Part shown: piece after piece, positions 51,235-58,679 of the stretch
Layout of the letters: every line of letters starts with the position of its first letter
Numbering within the stretch: the first letter of the stretch is position 1
From: Verrucomicrobiia bacterium
GTDB taxonomy: Bacteria; Verrucomicrobiota; Verrucomicrobiia; Limisphaerales; DSYF01
NCBI GenBank assembly: GCA_035765895.1
Contig: DASTWL010000023.1
Location: 41,310-105,309 of the forward strand
Reading direction: 5' to 3'
DNA length: 64,000 nt
Translations under genes and position numbers: made by a program
The notes under the pieces: model-generated
Seen by the model: only the letters and a program-made list of their open reading frames with translations
Databases searched by the model: none
What the model was told of the DNA's origin: nothing

Positions 51235-51239
51235 AAAAC

Positions 51240-51983
51240 TCAACCTTCATAACCGACGATCTTCAGGAAAATCTTTTCCAGATCGCACTGATGTTGTTTT
51301 ACCAGTTCATCCACGCGGCCTTCGACCTTAAGTTCGCCCTGGTTCACAATCGCCACGCGGTCACACACGGTTTCCACTTCTCCGAGTTCGTGCGAGGAGA
51401 AGAACACCGTTTTGCCATCGTCCTTCAGGCGTTGAATGATCTGGCGCACCTTCATGCGGCCAAGCGGATCGAGGCCGCTGGTGGGTTCATCGAGGATCAG
51501 CAAATCCGGATTGTTGATCAGCGCCTGCGCTAGTCCCACGCGCTGCTGCATGCCTTTGGAATAGGATTTAAGCGGACGCTTCCGCGCGTGCTCCAGTTCA
51601 ACGAGCTTGATCAATCGATCAATCCGCTGCTCCGCCTCTGAGGATGGTATCCCGAAGATTTTAGCGTAAAACCGAAGAATCTCTTCGGCCGAAAGGAATT
51701 TATAGTAGTAGGTCAGCTCCGGCAGGTAGCCAATCCGTTGCCGGGCGATCGGCTGACGCACATCCACCCCAAACAGGTAGGCCGCCCCGCTGGTCGGCTG
51801 CACAAATCCCAACAGGACGTTCATGGTTGTGGTCTTGCCCGCACCGTTGGGACCGAGGAAGCCAAAAACCTCCCCGGCACGAACGGTCAAATCCAGCCCA
51901 TGCAGGGCGACCTTGGGCCCCTGGCCGCGCTGGCGCACGGGGTATTCTACGCGCAACCGGTCAGTTTTAAGGATGGCGTCCAT
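51240..51983 (-). CDS. ABC transporter ATP-binding protein
   Basis: 247 aa. Walker A GPNGAGKTT, signature YSKGMQQR, Walker B LLILDEPTSGLD. Confidence 0.92.
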   Translation of the reverse strand: MDAILKTDRLRVEYPVRQRGQGPKVALHGLDLTVRAGEVFGFLGPNGAGKTTTMNVLLGFVQPTSGAAYLFGVDVRQPIARQRIGYLPELTYYYKFLSAEEILRFYAKIFGIPSSEAEQRIDRLIKLVELEHARKRPLKSYSKGMQQRVGLAQALINNPDLLILDEPTSGLDPLGRMKVRQIIQRLKDDGKTVFFSSHELGEVETVCDRVAIVNQGELKVEGRVDELVKQHQCDLEKIFLKIVGYEG

Positions 51984-52156
51984 TTGCGTAACAGAGTGTT
52001 ATGCAGAAACATTGTCAACGACGAGTGGAAAAAATCCACGACTAACGACACTCGAAGCCGCCAGACATTCAAAATTGGAAATATTGCCATGCAGAGCAAT
52101 CACCCAGCTACCCGCCAAGCCAATCAAACCAATTTTTCCAACTCCAACCTCATCAC

Positions 52157-52184
52157 AAAGAAAAGGGCCCGCATTTGCGGGCCC
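52157..52184 (-). terminator. Intrinsic terminator after the distal pseudopilin gene
   Basis: Minus strand: GGGCCCGC-aaat-GCGGGCCC followed by TTTTCTTTG. Confidence 0.6.
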
Positions 52185-52206
52185 GTGTTCAAACATGACA
52201 GATGTT

Positions 52207-52575
52207 TTAATTAATCTCATGCCCGTTAACCGTGCATGTTGGAGCCGACTGAATATCGGTTACCCCGTAGGTGCCGCTGGCGGGGCATTTGACTCCGGCA
52301 GCATCAAACGTGAGCGGGTCAACGGACCGCCCGAGATATGGAGCCACATCAGCCTCAGTCACCGCATCCGCTCCGGATTTGTTATGCTCCAGCGCCCAGC
52401 GTTGCACGCCATTGTCAATCTGGCGCAGATTGCCCAGACAGGTCTTGGTTTGTGATTGCGTCCGGGCACGAATGAAATTGGGAATGGCAATGGCAGCCAA
52501 AAGGCCGATGATCGCCACCACAATCATAATTTCAACGAGGGTAAAGGCTCGTCGTTTGCAATGTTTTGCCCTCAT
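52207..52575 (-). CDS. Prepilin-type N-terminal cleavage/methylation domain protein (pseudopilin-like), paralog 1
   Basis: ATG at 52575. MRAKHCKRRAFTLVEIMIVVAIIGLLAAIAIPNFIRARTQSQTKTCLGNLRQIDNG...VKCPASGTYGVTD...PTCTV. Confidence 0.78.
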   Translation of the reverse strand: MRAKHCKRRAFTLVEIMIVVAIIGLLAAIAIPNFIRARTQSQTKTCLGNLRQIDNGVQRWALEHNKSGADAVTEADVAPYLGRSVDPLTFDAAGVKCPASGTYGVTDIQSAPTCTVNGHEIN

Positions 52576-52655
52576 AGCTTTTATTAGCCTCAACTGAATG
52601 GCGCTCATCACTTCAAATCGTTTGCAACTTGTCGAGAAGAGCACAACTACACGTT

Positions 52656-52688
52656 AAGAAAAAAGGGCTTGGCGAACGCCAAGCCCTT
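52656..52688 (-). terminator. Intrinsic terminator between the two pseudopilin genes
   Basis: Minus strand: AAGGGCTTGGCG-tt-CGCCAAGCCCTT followed by TTTTTCTT. Confidence 0.6.
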
Positions 52689-52724
52689 CACGTTTCAAGC
52701 TAATCGCCCAATCAGCAATTCTCC

Positions 52725-53096
52725 TTAAGGGAGAATGTGCGGATCGCCAATAGAGCAGGTGGGCTTGGTCGAAGCATCGGTAACCGCGTAGGTCCCGGAA
52801 GCCGGGCATTTGACACCTGCGTCAGCAAAAGTCGCAGCGGCAACGGTGCGGCCCAAATAGGGAGCCACGTTAGCCTCGGTAACCGGGCCGTTGGCAGCCA
52901 CGTTGTTTTCCAGCGCGTATTGCTGAATAGCGCCGTCGATCTGGCGGAGGTTATTGATGCAGGCCTTCGTTTGCGAGGTAGCGCGGGCCTTGATGAAGTT
53001 CGGGATCGCAATGGCGGCCAAGAGGCCGATGATGGCGACCACGATCATGATTTCAACGAGCGTAAAGCCCGACTTACGGGAGGTATTGATCTTCAT
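52725..53096 (-). CDS. Prepilin-type N-terminal cleavage/methylation domain protein (pseudopilin-like), paralog 2
   Basis: 123 aa. MKINTSRKSGFTLVEIMIVVAIIGLLAAIAIPNFIKARATSQTKACINNLRQIDGA...VKCPASGTYAVTD...PTCSI. Confidence 0.8.
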   Translation of the reverse strand: MKINTSRKSGFTLVEIMIVVAIIGLLAAIAIPNFIKARATSQTKACINNLRQIDGAIQQYALENNVAANGPVTEANVAPYLGRTVAAATFADAGVKCPASGTYAVTDASTKPTCSIGDPHILP

Positions 53097-53490
53097 AACT
53101 GACTTTGCCTTTCTGTCGTTTCCGCGGCGTGGACAGTGCAGCAGGCGGGTTATTTATTAGAACGGTTCCGTCCACTCATTGCCTGCTGCAACCGCGATGG
53201 ACATGACACTAGCAATGCTAATGCCAAGGGTGAAAACCGTCAATTTTGCGACGGCAAACCACCAAAAAGTGTCAACACCGGTTGTTTTGACAAGTTTCGC
53301 CGCCGAATTGGAGCCGCACAAACTTTAAACGTGCCCCAAATTCTTCTCAGGCGCGAGGACGGCTGCCTAAAACCGGGACAATTTGACCGGCTTGGTGATG
53401 ACGATGGTCTGGGCGCGAGCAGAAAACTCGAACCACCGCATTTTATAGCACCCCACTTGTTCCACCCAAGCCGGCTCAGTATGGTGGCGC

Positions 53491-54429
53491 ATGCGATTTC
53501 AGCAAACCTCTCGCGTTTACGTCGCGGGGCACCGAGGCTTGGTTGGCAGCGCCATCTGGCGCGAACTTGAACGTCAAGGATTTACACATTTGATTGGCCG
53601 CACGCATGCTGAGCTGGATTTGCTGGACGCGACGGCCGTCAACGAGTTTTACCACGAATTTCGACCTGAGTATGTCTTCGTCGCCGCCGCCAAGGTGGGT
53701 GGCATTTTGGCCAACCATAATCATCCTGCGCAGTTTCTCTACGAAAACCTCCAAATCCAGAACAATTTGATTCACGGCGCCTGGCAGGCGGGCGTGAAGA
53801 AACTGCTGTTCCTCGGCAGTTCGTGCATTTACCCCAAGCTCGCCCCGCAGCCGCTCAAGGAGGAATACCTGCTCAGCGGTCCGCTGGAGCCGACCAATGA
53901 ATGGTATGCCGTTGCCAAGATTGCCGGCATCAAGCTCTGTCAGGCCTACCGACGTCAATATGGCTGCGATTTCATCAGCGCCATGCCGACGAACCTGTAT
54001 GGCCCAAACGACAATTACGATCTGCAAAATTCCCACGTGCTGCCGGCGCTGATCCGCAAGTTTCACGAGGCAAAAACCGCCGGCCAATCCGAAGTCGTTT
54101 GCTGGGGCACGGGCGCGCCCCGGCGCGAATTTCTTTATGCCGATGACCTGGCGAGGGCGTGCCTCTTCTTGATGCAACATTACAGCGAAGAGCAGTTCAT
54201 CAACGTGGGCAGCGGCAGCGACGTGACCATTCTGGAACTGGCGGAAACCGTCCAGCGCATCGTCGGCTTCAAAGGAGGGATTGTCTGGGACACGACGAAA
54301 CCAGATGGCACCCCCCGCAAGTTGATGGACGGCTCCCGCCTGTTTGCGTTCGGCTGGAAACCGCAGGTGGATTTGGCAACGGGCATCCGCCTCGCTTACG
54401 AGGATTTTTTGAAGCGCTTTGGCGGCTGA
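53491..54429 (+). CDS. fcl: GDP-L-fucose synthase
   Basis: 312 aa. [14 protein letters not shown]...LGSSCIYPK...YAVAKIAG...[10 protein letters not shown]. Confidence 0.9.
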   Translation: MRFQQTSRVYVAGHRGLVGSAIWRELERQGFTHLIGRTHAELDLLDATAVNEFYHEFRPEYVFVAAAKVGGILANHNHPAQFLYENLQIQNNLIHGAWQAGVKKLLFLGSSCIYPKLAPQPLKEEYLLSGPLEPTNEWYAVAKIAGIKLCQAYRRQYGCDFISAMPTNLYGPNDNYDLQNSHVLPALIRKFHEAKTAGQSEVVCWGTGAPRREFLYADDLARACLFLMQHYSEEQFINVGSGSDVTILELAETVQRIVGFKGGIVWDTTKPDGTPRKLMDGSRLFAFGWKPQVDLATGIRLAYEDFLKRFGG

Positions 54430-54557
54430 CAAGCGCGGTTCGGCCTGCAACGAGCGCTCACTCCGCAGGTGACAGCGGGTTTCACGGGACTTTTCCCGGC
54501 AAACCGGAGTTTAGCCGGGGACGGCGACGAGGCAACTGCACGTCAAACCAGCCCGCC

Positions 54558-55571
54558 TCAACCCCGCATTTGAATCTCGCCGGCGCGATGTTTGCGCAGC
54601 AGCTCCACGTCGGCGTCCACCATCAGTTTGACCAGATCGGCGAATTTCGTCCTGGGTTCCCAACCCAGTTGTTCCCTGGCTTTTGAGTAATCGCCGATCA
54701 GCAGGTCCACCTCAGCCGGACGAAAGTAGCGCGGATCGATCTCAACGTATTTCTGCCAGTCCAATCCCACGTGGCCAAACGCGACCTTCAGAAACTCGCG
54801 AACGCTGTGGGTTTCGTTGGTGGCAATCACGTAATCATCCGCCTTGTCCTGCTGCAGCATCAGCCACATGGCCTCCACGTATTCCTTGGCGTAACCCCAG
54901 TCGCGTTTGGCATCGAGGTTGCCGAGAAACAGCTTGTCCTGCAGACCGGCCTTGATGTGCGCCACCGCGCGGGTGATTTTGCGCGTCACAAACGTTTCGC
55001 CGCGCCGGGGTGATTCATGATTGAACAGGATGCCATTGCTGGCGTGCATTCCGTAGGACTCGCGGTAATTCACGGTAATCCAATAGGAATAAACCTTCGC
55101 GGCGCCGTAGGGGCTGCGGGGATAAAATGGGGTCGTCTCCTTCTGCGGCACTTCCTGCACCATGCCGAACATCTCGGAAGACGAGGCCTGGTAAAAGCGC
55201 GGCTTGATGCCGGTCTCACGAATGGCTTCCAACAGGCGGATCGTGCCGGTCCCCGTAATGTCGGCCGTGTATTCCGGCGCATCGAAGCTCACGCGCACGT
55301 GACTTTGTGCCGCGAGATTATAAATCTCCTCCGGCTGAATCTTGCCAATCAACCGCGCCAACGCACTGGCATCGGACAGATCGCCGTAGTGCAGAAACAA
55401 CCGTTTCTTGTCCACGTGCGGATCTTCGTAGATGGGATCGAGCCGACCCGTGTTGAACGTGCTCGCCCGGCGGATGATGCCGTGCACCTCGTAACCTTTG
55501 CTGAGCAGCAGCTCGGCCAGGTAGGATCCGTCCTGCCCGGTAATGCCGGTGATTAATGCGCGCTTGGCCAT
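54558..55571 (-). CDS. gmd: GDP-mannose 4,6-dehydratase
   Basis: ATG at 55571. [35 protein letters not shown]...SSSEMFG...YGAAKVY...NHESPRRG. Confidence 0.93.
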   Translation of the reverse strand: MAKRALITGITGQDGSYLAELLLSKGYEVHGIIRRASTFNTGRLDPIYEDPHVDKKRLFLHYGDLSDASALARLIGKIQPEEIYNLAAQSHVRVSFDAPEYTADITGTGTIRLLEAIRETGIKPRFYQASSSEMFGMVQEVPQKETTPFYPRSPYGAAKVYSYWITVNYRESYGMHASNGILFNHESPRRGETFVTRKITRAVAHIKAGLQDKLFLGNLDAKRDWGYAKEYVEAMWLMLQQDKADDYVIATNETHSVREFLKVAFGHVGLDWQKYVEIDPRYFRPAEVDLLIGDYSKAREQLGWEPRTKFADLVKLMVDADVELLRKHRAGEIQMRG

Positions 55572-55813
55572 GATTGCGTGCGGCGCAGTGTGCCAAGCGA
55601 CCGGTTTGGAGCAAGCTTGCAGAATCAACCAAAGTCCCGTGCCGAACGGTCAATTGCAGGTGAGCAGCCCTCCGGCCTGCCAATTCTCCAAACCGGCGGT
55701 GAGAAAACGAAACGTGGCTGTGTCGCCCGCCACCGCACCGATAGTGAGATGCCGCAGCTGATTCACCGTCAGAGTCAGCACGATTTGATTCAACCACGCC
55801 TCCCCTCGGCGCC

Positions 55814-56018
55814 CCAAAGCCGCCGAGGTCGGCGGCGCTCCAGTTTCGGACAATGATGGAGCGCGGCTGTCTCAGCCGCAGCACGCCCGATGGCCAAACG
55901 ACATGACCATGAATTCCCAACGTCTCTTCGTATTCGGAACCGCTGCGGCTGAGGACAGCCGCGCTCCCCTTTTCTCCGCGCCAGACGCCGATGACGGCCT
56001 TGTGAGGGTGAATACAAA
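55814..56018. repeat. Repeat module M1: DR-a (55814-55840) ... DR-b (55975-56018), interrupted by a long hairpin
   Basis: DR-a is CCAAAGCCGCCGAGGTCGGCGGCGCTC. DR-b is TCCGCGCCAGACGCCGATGACGGCCTTGTGAGGGTGAATACAAA. Both recur in M2. Confidence 0.65.
55858..55967. repeat. Long imperfect hairpin/inverted repeat inserted within M1
   Basis: Arms GGAGCGCGGCTGTCTCAGCCGCAGC (55858-55882) and GCTGCGGCTGAGGACAGCCGCGCTCC (55942-55967) show one extra base. The loop is 59 nt. Confidence 0.65.
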
Positions 56019-56044
56019 TCCACGATAACGACGGGACGAACAAT

Positions 56045-56267
56045 CCTAACGGGATTGCGTCCCACAGCCCAAGGTTGGCGCGCCAGCGCCTTCCTTGGGT
56101 TGACGGGAAATGATCTTCCAACCGCAACGCGGTTGGGGGCATTGGTCTTCGTTCGCCAAATCATGCCGAGGGCCGCAACCGCGTTGAGGTTGAAAATGCT
56201 TCCGGGATGGTGCCCCAGGGTAGCTCGTGCCTCGCAACCCTGGGCTTTGGGACAGAAGCCCGTTGGG
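56045..56267. repeat. Pair of ~90-nt inverted repeat copies (56045-56134 and 56177-56267)
   Basis: The reverse complement of copy A, AACCGCGTTGCGGTTGG...CCAACCTTGGGCTGTGGGACGCAATCCCGTTAGG, aligns with copy B, AACCGCGTTGAGGTTGA...GCAACCCTGGGCTTTGGGACAGAAGCCCGTTGGG. The ends are near-identical and the middle more diverged (by eye). Confidence 0.6.
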
Positions 56268-56394
56268 CTCCCCTGCTGCGCGGGACTGCGCCAGACTACG
56301 TGAAAGGAGCGCCGGCCTCTGGCCGGCTTTGCGCGCCCGATTTACCACCACGTTCGGCCACGGATTGATTCATCCGCCCTTGCCGCTCGTCCGT

Positions 56395-56481
56395 CCAAAG
56401 CCGTCGAGGACGGCGGCGCTCACGTTACTCCACCGTCCGCGCCAGCCCTGCGTTGACAGCCTTGTGGGGGTGAAATACAAA
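56395..56481. repeat. Repeat module M2: DR-a (56395-56421) + DR-b (56436-56481), uninterrupted
   Basis: CCAAAGCCGTCGAGGACGGCGGCGCTC followed by TCCGCGCCAGCCCTGCGTTGACAGCCTTGTGGGGGTGAAATACAAA. Direct repeat of M1 without the hairpin insert. Confidence 0.65.
56453..56481 (+). promoter_or_regulatory. Sigma-70-like promoter motif facing the low-GC cassette
   Basis: TTGACA (56453-58), an exactly 17-nt spacer, then TACAAA (56476-81). Sequence motif only; promoter consensus for this lineage is unknown to me. Confidence 0.3.
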
Positions 56482-56559
56482 GACAATATGCTGACTGAGA
56501 ATAAAGTCGAACGTCTGCATTACAAATATTTGATGCCTTTGCAGCAGCATTGAAAAACT

Positions 56560-56802
56560 ATGAATTCGCCAAAACAAGATCAGCAACCGGTCCTTAACAA
56601 GAACGAGTCGCAACAGCCATCCAAGCACCAAGAGGAAACAGTCGCGGAAGCGATAAGCCCACGCACTAAACTTCCAGTTAGCCATCCAGAGTCGAAAGCA
56701 GTAGAACAAATTCACTATGAGATGCAGCAGTCGCTTGCCAGTGCTATTTCCCCCGCCGAAGCTGAAACACTCTTGAAGGAGATGGAGAAGAAGCAAAAGT
56801 AG
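56560..56802 (+). CDS. Hypothetical small acidic/polar protein (ORFan, low-GC cassette)
   Basis: 80 aa. MNSPKQDQQPVLNKNESQQPSKHQEETVAEA... then a helical-looking C-terminus AVEQIHYEMQQSLASAISPAEAETLLKEMEKKQK. ATG start. Composition differs from the host. Confidence 0.35.
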   Translation: MNSPKQDQQPVLNKNESQQPSKHQEETVAEAISPRTKLPVSHPESKAVEQIHYEMQQSLASAISPAEAETLLKEMEKKQK

Positions 56803-56819
56803 CACGCCCTCTCGCAGTC

Positions 56820-57323
56820 ATGAGCAAGCACTCCTATTCTGGTAAACCTAAGCGCAATTGGAAGGCCACGGTATCGAGTGGTGCACGGTTAGTCGGAACA
56901 TGCCTAATTATTCTCGGACTCTGGCGGAGTTGTTCTGCACGCGACGCTTGGCAGTGGAATGGCATGGCCTATGACGACTACAAGGCTACAGAGAATTCCA
57001 TGATGATTGTCATGCTGATTGGTCTCGTCTTGGTCGCTCCTTCAGTTTGGGCATCATTCACGCGAAAGGTTGCAGACGTTGGCAATGAGGTGAAGATGGC
57101 TGAAGAGTTTAACCGCAAGGTTCGTGAAAACCCGAACCAATGTCCGAAATGCGGGTCGGAGGAGTTCAATACGCATTACCCTTCTAAACCGCGAGTCTGG
57201 ACGCCATTAAATTTAACTGGGGTTCTCCTCGGCACGGCAGCAAACAGCATGGCCGATGCGATGTTCAAACCCGAGCGTGTTTGCACACAATGCGGCTGCC
57301 GTTGGCCTGCGCCACGAAGTTGA
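56820..57323 (+). CDS. Hypothetical membrane protein with C-terminal CxxC...CxxC zinc-ribbon (ORFan, low-GC cassette)
   Basis: 167 aa. Hydrophobic segments LVGTCLIILGLW and MMIVMLIGLVLVAPSVWASF, then CPKCGSEEF...(about 43 aa)...CTQCGCRW. Confidence 0.5.
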   Translation: MSKHSYSGKPKRNWKATVSSGARLVGTCLIILGLWRSCSARDAWQWNGMAYDDYKATENSMMIVMLIGLVLVAPSVWASFTRKVADVGNEVKMAEEFNRKVRENPNQCPKCGSEEFNTHYPSKPRVWTPLNLTGVLLGTAANSMADAMFKPERVCTQCGCRWPAPRS

Positions 57324-57404
57324 TTTTTTAGAAACATCTTCAGCCATTGCGTCACTGCGATTGCACTTAATTTACCTTCCTAGGCACCACGCATCCGTCT
57401 ATCC

Positions 57405-57448
57405 TCCGCGCCCGCGTTGCCGTGTCGGCACGCAAACCTGTTTACAAA
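57405..57448. repeat. Possible degenerate third copy of DR-b at the right edge of the low-GC cassette
   Basis: TCCGCGCC-CGCGTTG-...-TACAAA has the same 44-nt length and shares the 8-nt head, the GCGTTG core and the TACAAA tail with DR-b. The middle is not conserved. Confidence 0.3.
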
Positions 57449-57449
57449 A

Positions 57450-58655
57450 ATGACTAATAACCTGTCCACTGTCCTCCTCCGTCCCGGTGAAGCTGACCGC
57501 ATCGTTGCGGGTCATCCGTGGATTTACCAGGGCTCCATCCTCCGCCTCACCGCACCCGCCACCGACGGCGAACTCGTGCAGGTGAAGGATCACCGCCAGC
57601 GCCTGCTCGGCGTGGGCTTTTACAATTCCAAGTCCAAGATCAACGTCCGCCTCATCGCCGCCGACCGCGTGGAGTTGAACGCCGCGTTCTTTGAGGAGCG
57701 CATCCGCGCCGCGCTCGCCGTGCGCCAGCGGCATCTGCCCGGCGCCACGTCCTTCCGCGTCGTCAACGCCGAGAGCGACGAACTCTCCGGCCTCATTGTG
57801 GACAAATACGAGGACGTGCTGGTGCTCCAGACTTCCGCGCTCGGCATGGACCTGCACAAGAACACCCTCGTCAAGGTGCTGCAAAAGATTTTCTCGCCCC
57901 GCGCCATCCTCGAACGAAATGAACTCGCGTCGCGCAAGTTTGAAGGCTTGCCGGATGCGAACGGCATTCTCGCCGGCCAGCATGACGGCCCCATCACGAT
58001 CAACCTGAACGGGCTGTCCTTCGAGGTGGACGTGCGCGAGGGGCACAAGACGGGGATGTATCTCGATCAGCAGGCGAATTATCAGGCCGTGGCGCAGTTC
58101 GCGAAGGGCGCGAACGTGCTGGATTGTTTCAGCTTCCTCGGCGGGTTCGGCCTGCATGCGGCCAAGGCCGGCGCGGCGCAGGTGTTGATGCTGGATCAGA
58201 GCGAAGACGCGATCGCCGCCGCGAAGCGCAATGCCGCCGCGAACGGCGTGGCGGGCGTGTGCCAGTTCGAGACGACGAATGTGTTCGACTGGTTCAAGGC
58301 GAACACAAAAGTGGCGCCGCATGAACGAGTCATCCCGCGTTACGATGTCATCATTCTCGATCCGCCGTCGTTCACGCGGAATCGCGCGTCGGTGCCGGAT
58401 GCGTTGCGCGGCTACAAGGAACTACACTTGCGCGCGCTGAAGCTGCTGAAGCCCGGCGGCGTGATGGCGACGTTCTGCTGCTCGCATCACGTGGACGCGG
58501 GCCTCTTTCAGGACACGGTGTTGTCGGCGGCTTACGACCAGCGGCGGGTCCTGCGGCGTGTGGCGACTTACGCGCAATCGCCGGATCATCCGATCATCCC
58601 GAGCATCCCGGAGACGGAGTATCTGAAGGGGTTTGCGTTCGAGTTGGTGCGCTGA
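57450..58655 (+). CDS. rlmI: Class I SAM-dependent 23S rRNA m5C methyltransferase (RlmI-like, PUA domain)
   Basis: ATG at 57450. LLRPGEADRIVAGHPWIYQGSI...GFYNSKSKINVRL...VLDCFSFLGGFG...IILDPPSF... Confidence 0.8.
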   Translation: MTNNLSTVLLRPGEADRIVAGHPWIYQGSILRLTAPATDGELVQVKDHRQRLLGVGFYNSKSKINVRLIAADRVELNAAFFEERIRAALAVRQRHLPGATSFRVVNAESDELSGLIVDKYEDVLVLQTSALGMDLHKNTLVKVLQKIFSPRAILERNELASRKFEGLPDANGILAGQHDGPITINLNGLSFEVDVREGHKTGMYLDQQANYQAVAQFAKGANVLDCFSFLGGFGLHAAKAGAAQVLMLDQSEDAIAAAKRNAAANGVAGVCQFETTNVFDWFKANTKVAPHERVIPRYDVIILDPPSFTRNRASVPDALRGYKELHLRALKLLKPGGVMATFCCSHHVDAGLFQDTVLSAAYDQRRVLRRVATYAQSPDHPIIPSIPETEYLKGFAFELVR

Positions 58656-58679
58656 AGCCCTTTTACCGACAATCACGCT

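Noticed and set aside
51134-51331. 65-aa ORF MPLTPSLSPSDGERMPEGRVRG...
   Set aside because: It is the conceptual translation of the nested palindromic repeat and runs into the antisense of the ABC ATPase gene.
53271-53300. Inverted pair of TTGACA hexamers (TGTCAAcaccggttgttTTGACA) in the pseudopilin/fcl divergent region, as possible back-to-back -35 boxes or an operator.
   Set aside because: I found no convincing -10 element at a 16-19 nt spacing on either strand, and the palindrome is imperfect. It is left uncalled.
55650-55853. 67-aa minus ORF ending ...VLTLTVNQLRHLTIGAVAGDTATFRFLTAGLENWQAGGLLTCN, which looks more protein-like and could be the tail of a decayed gene.
   Set aside because: It has no recognisable family, it is short, and its N-terminal part is repeat DR-a translated. 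I cannot support it as a gene or pseudogene without a database search.
55318-56553. Track ORFs 55318..56142, 55790..56164, 56046..56351, 56055..56303 and 56227..56553.
   Set aside because: They overlap each other on both strands and consist of translated repeat units (DR-a, DR-b, inverted repeats). None has a credible start context or protein-like composition.
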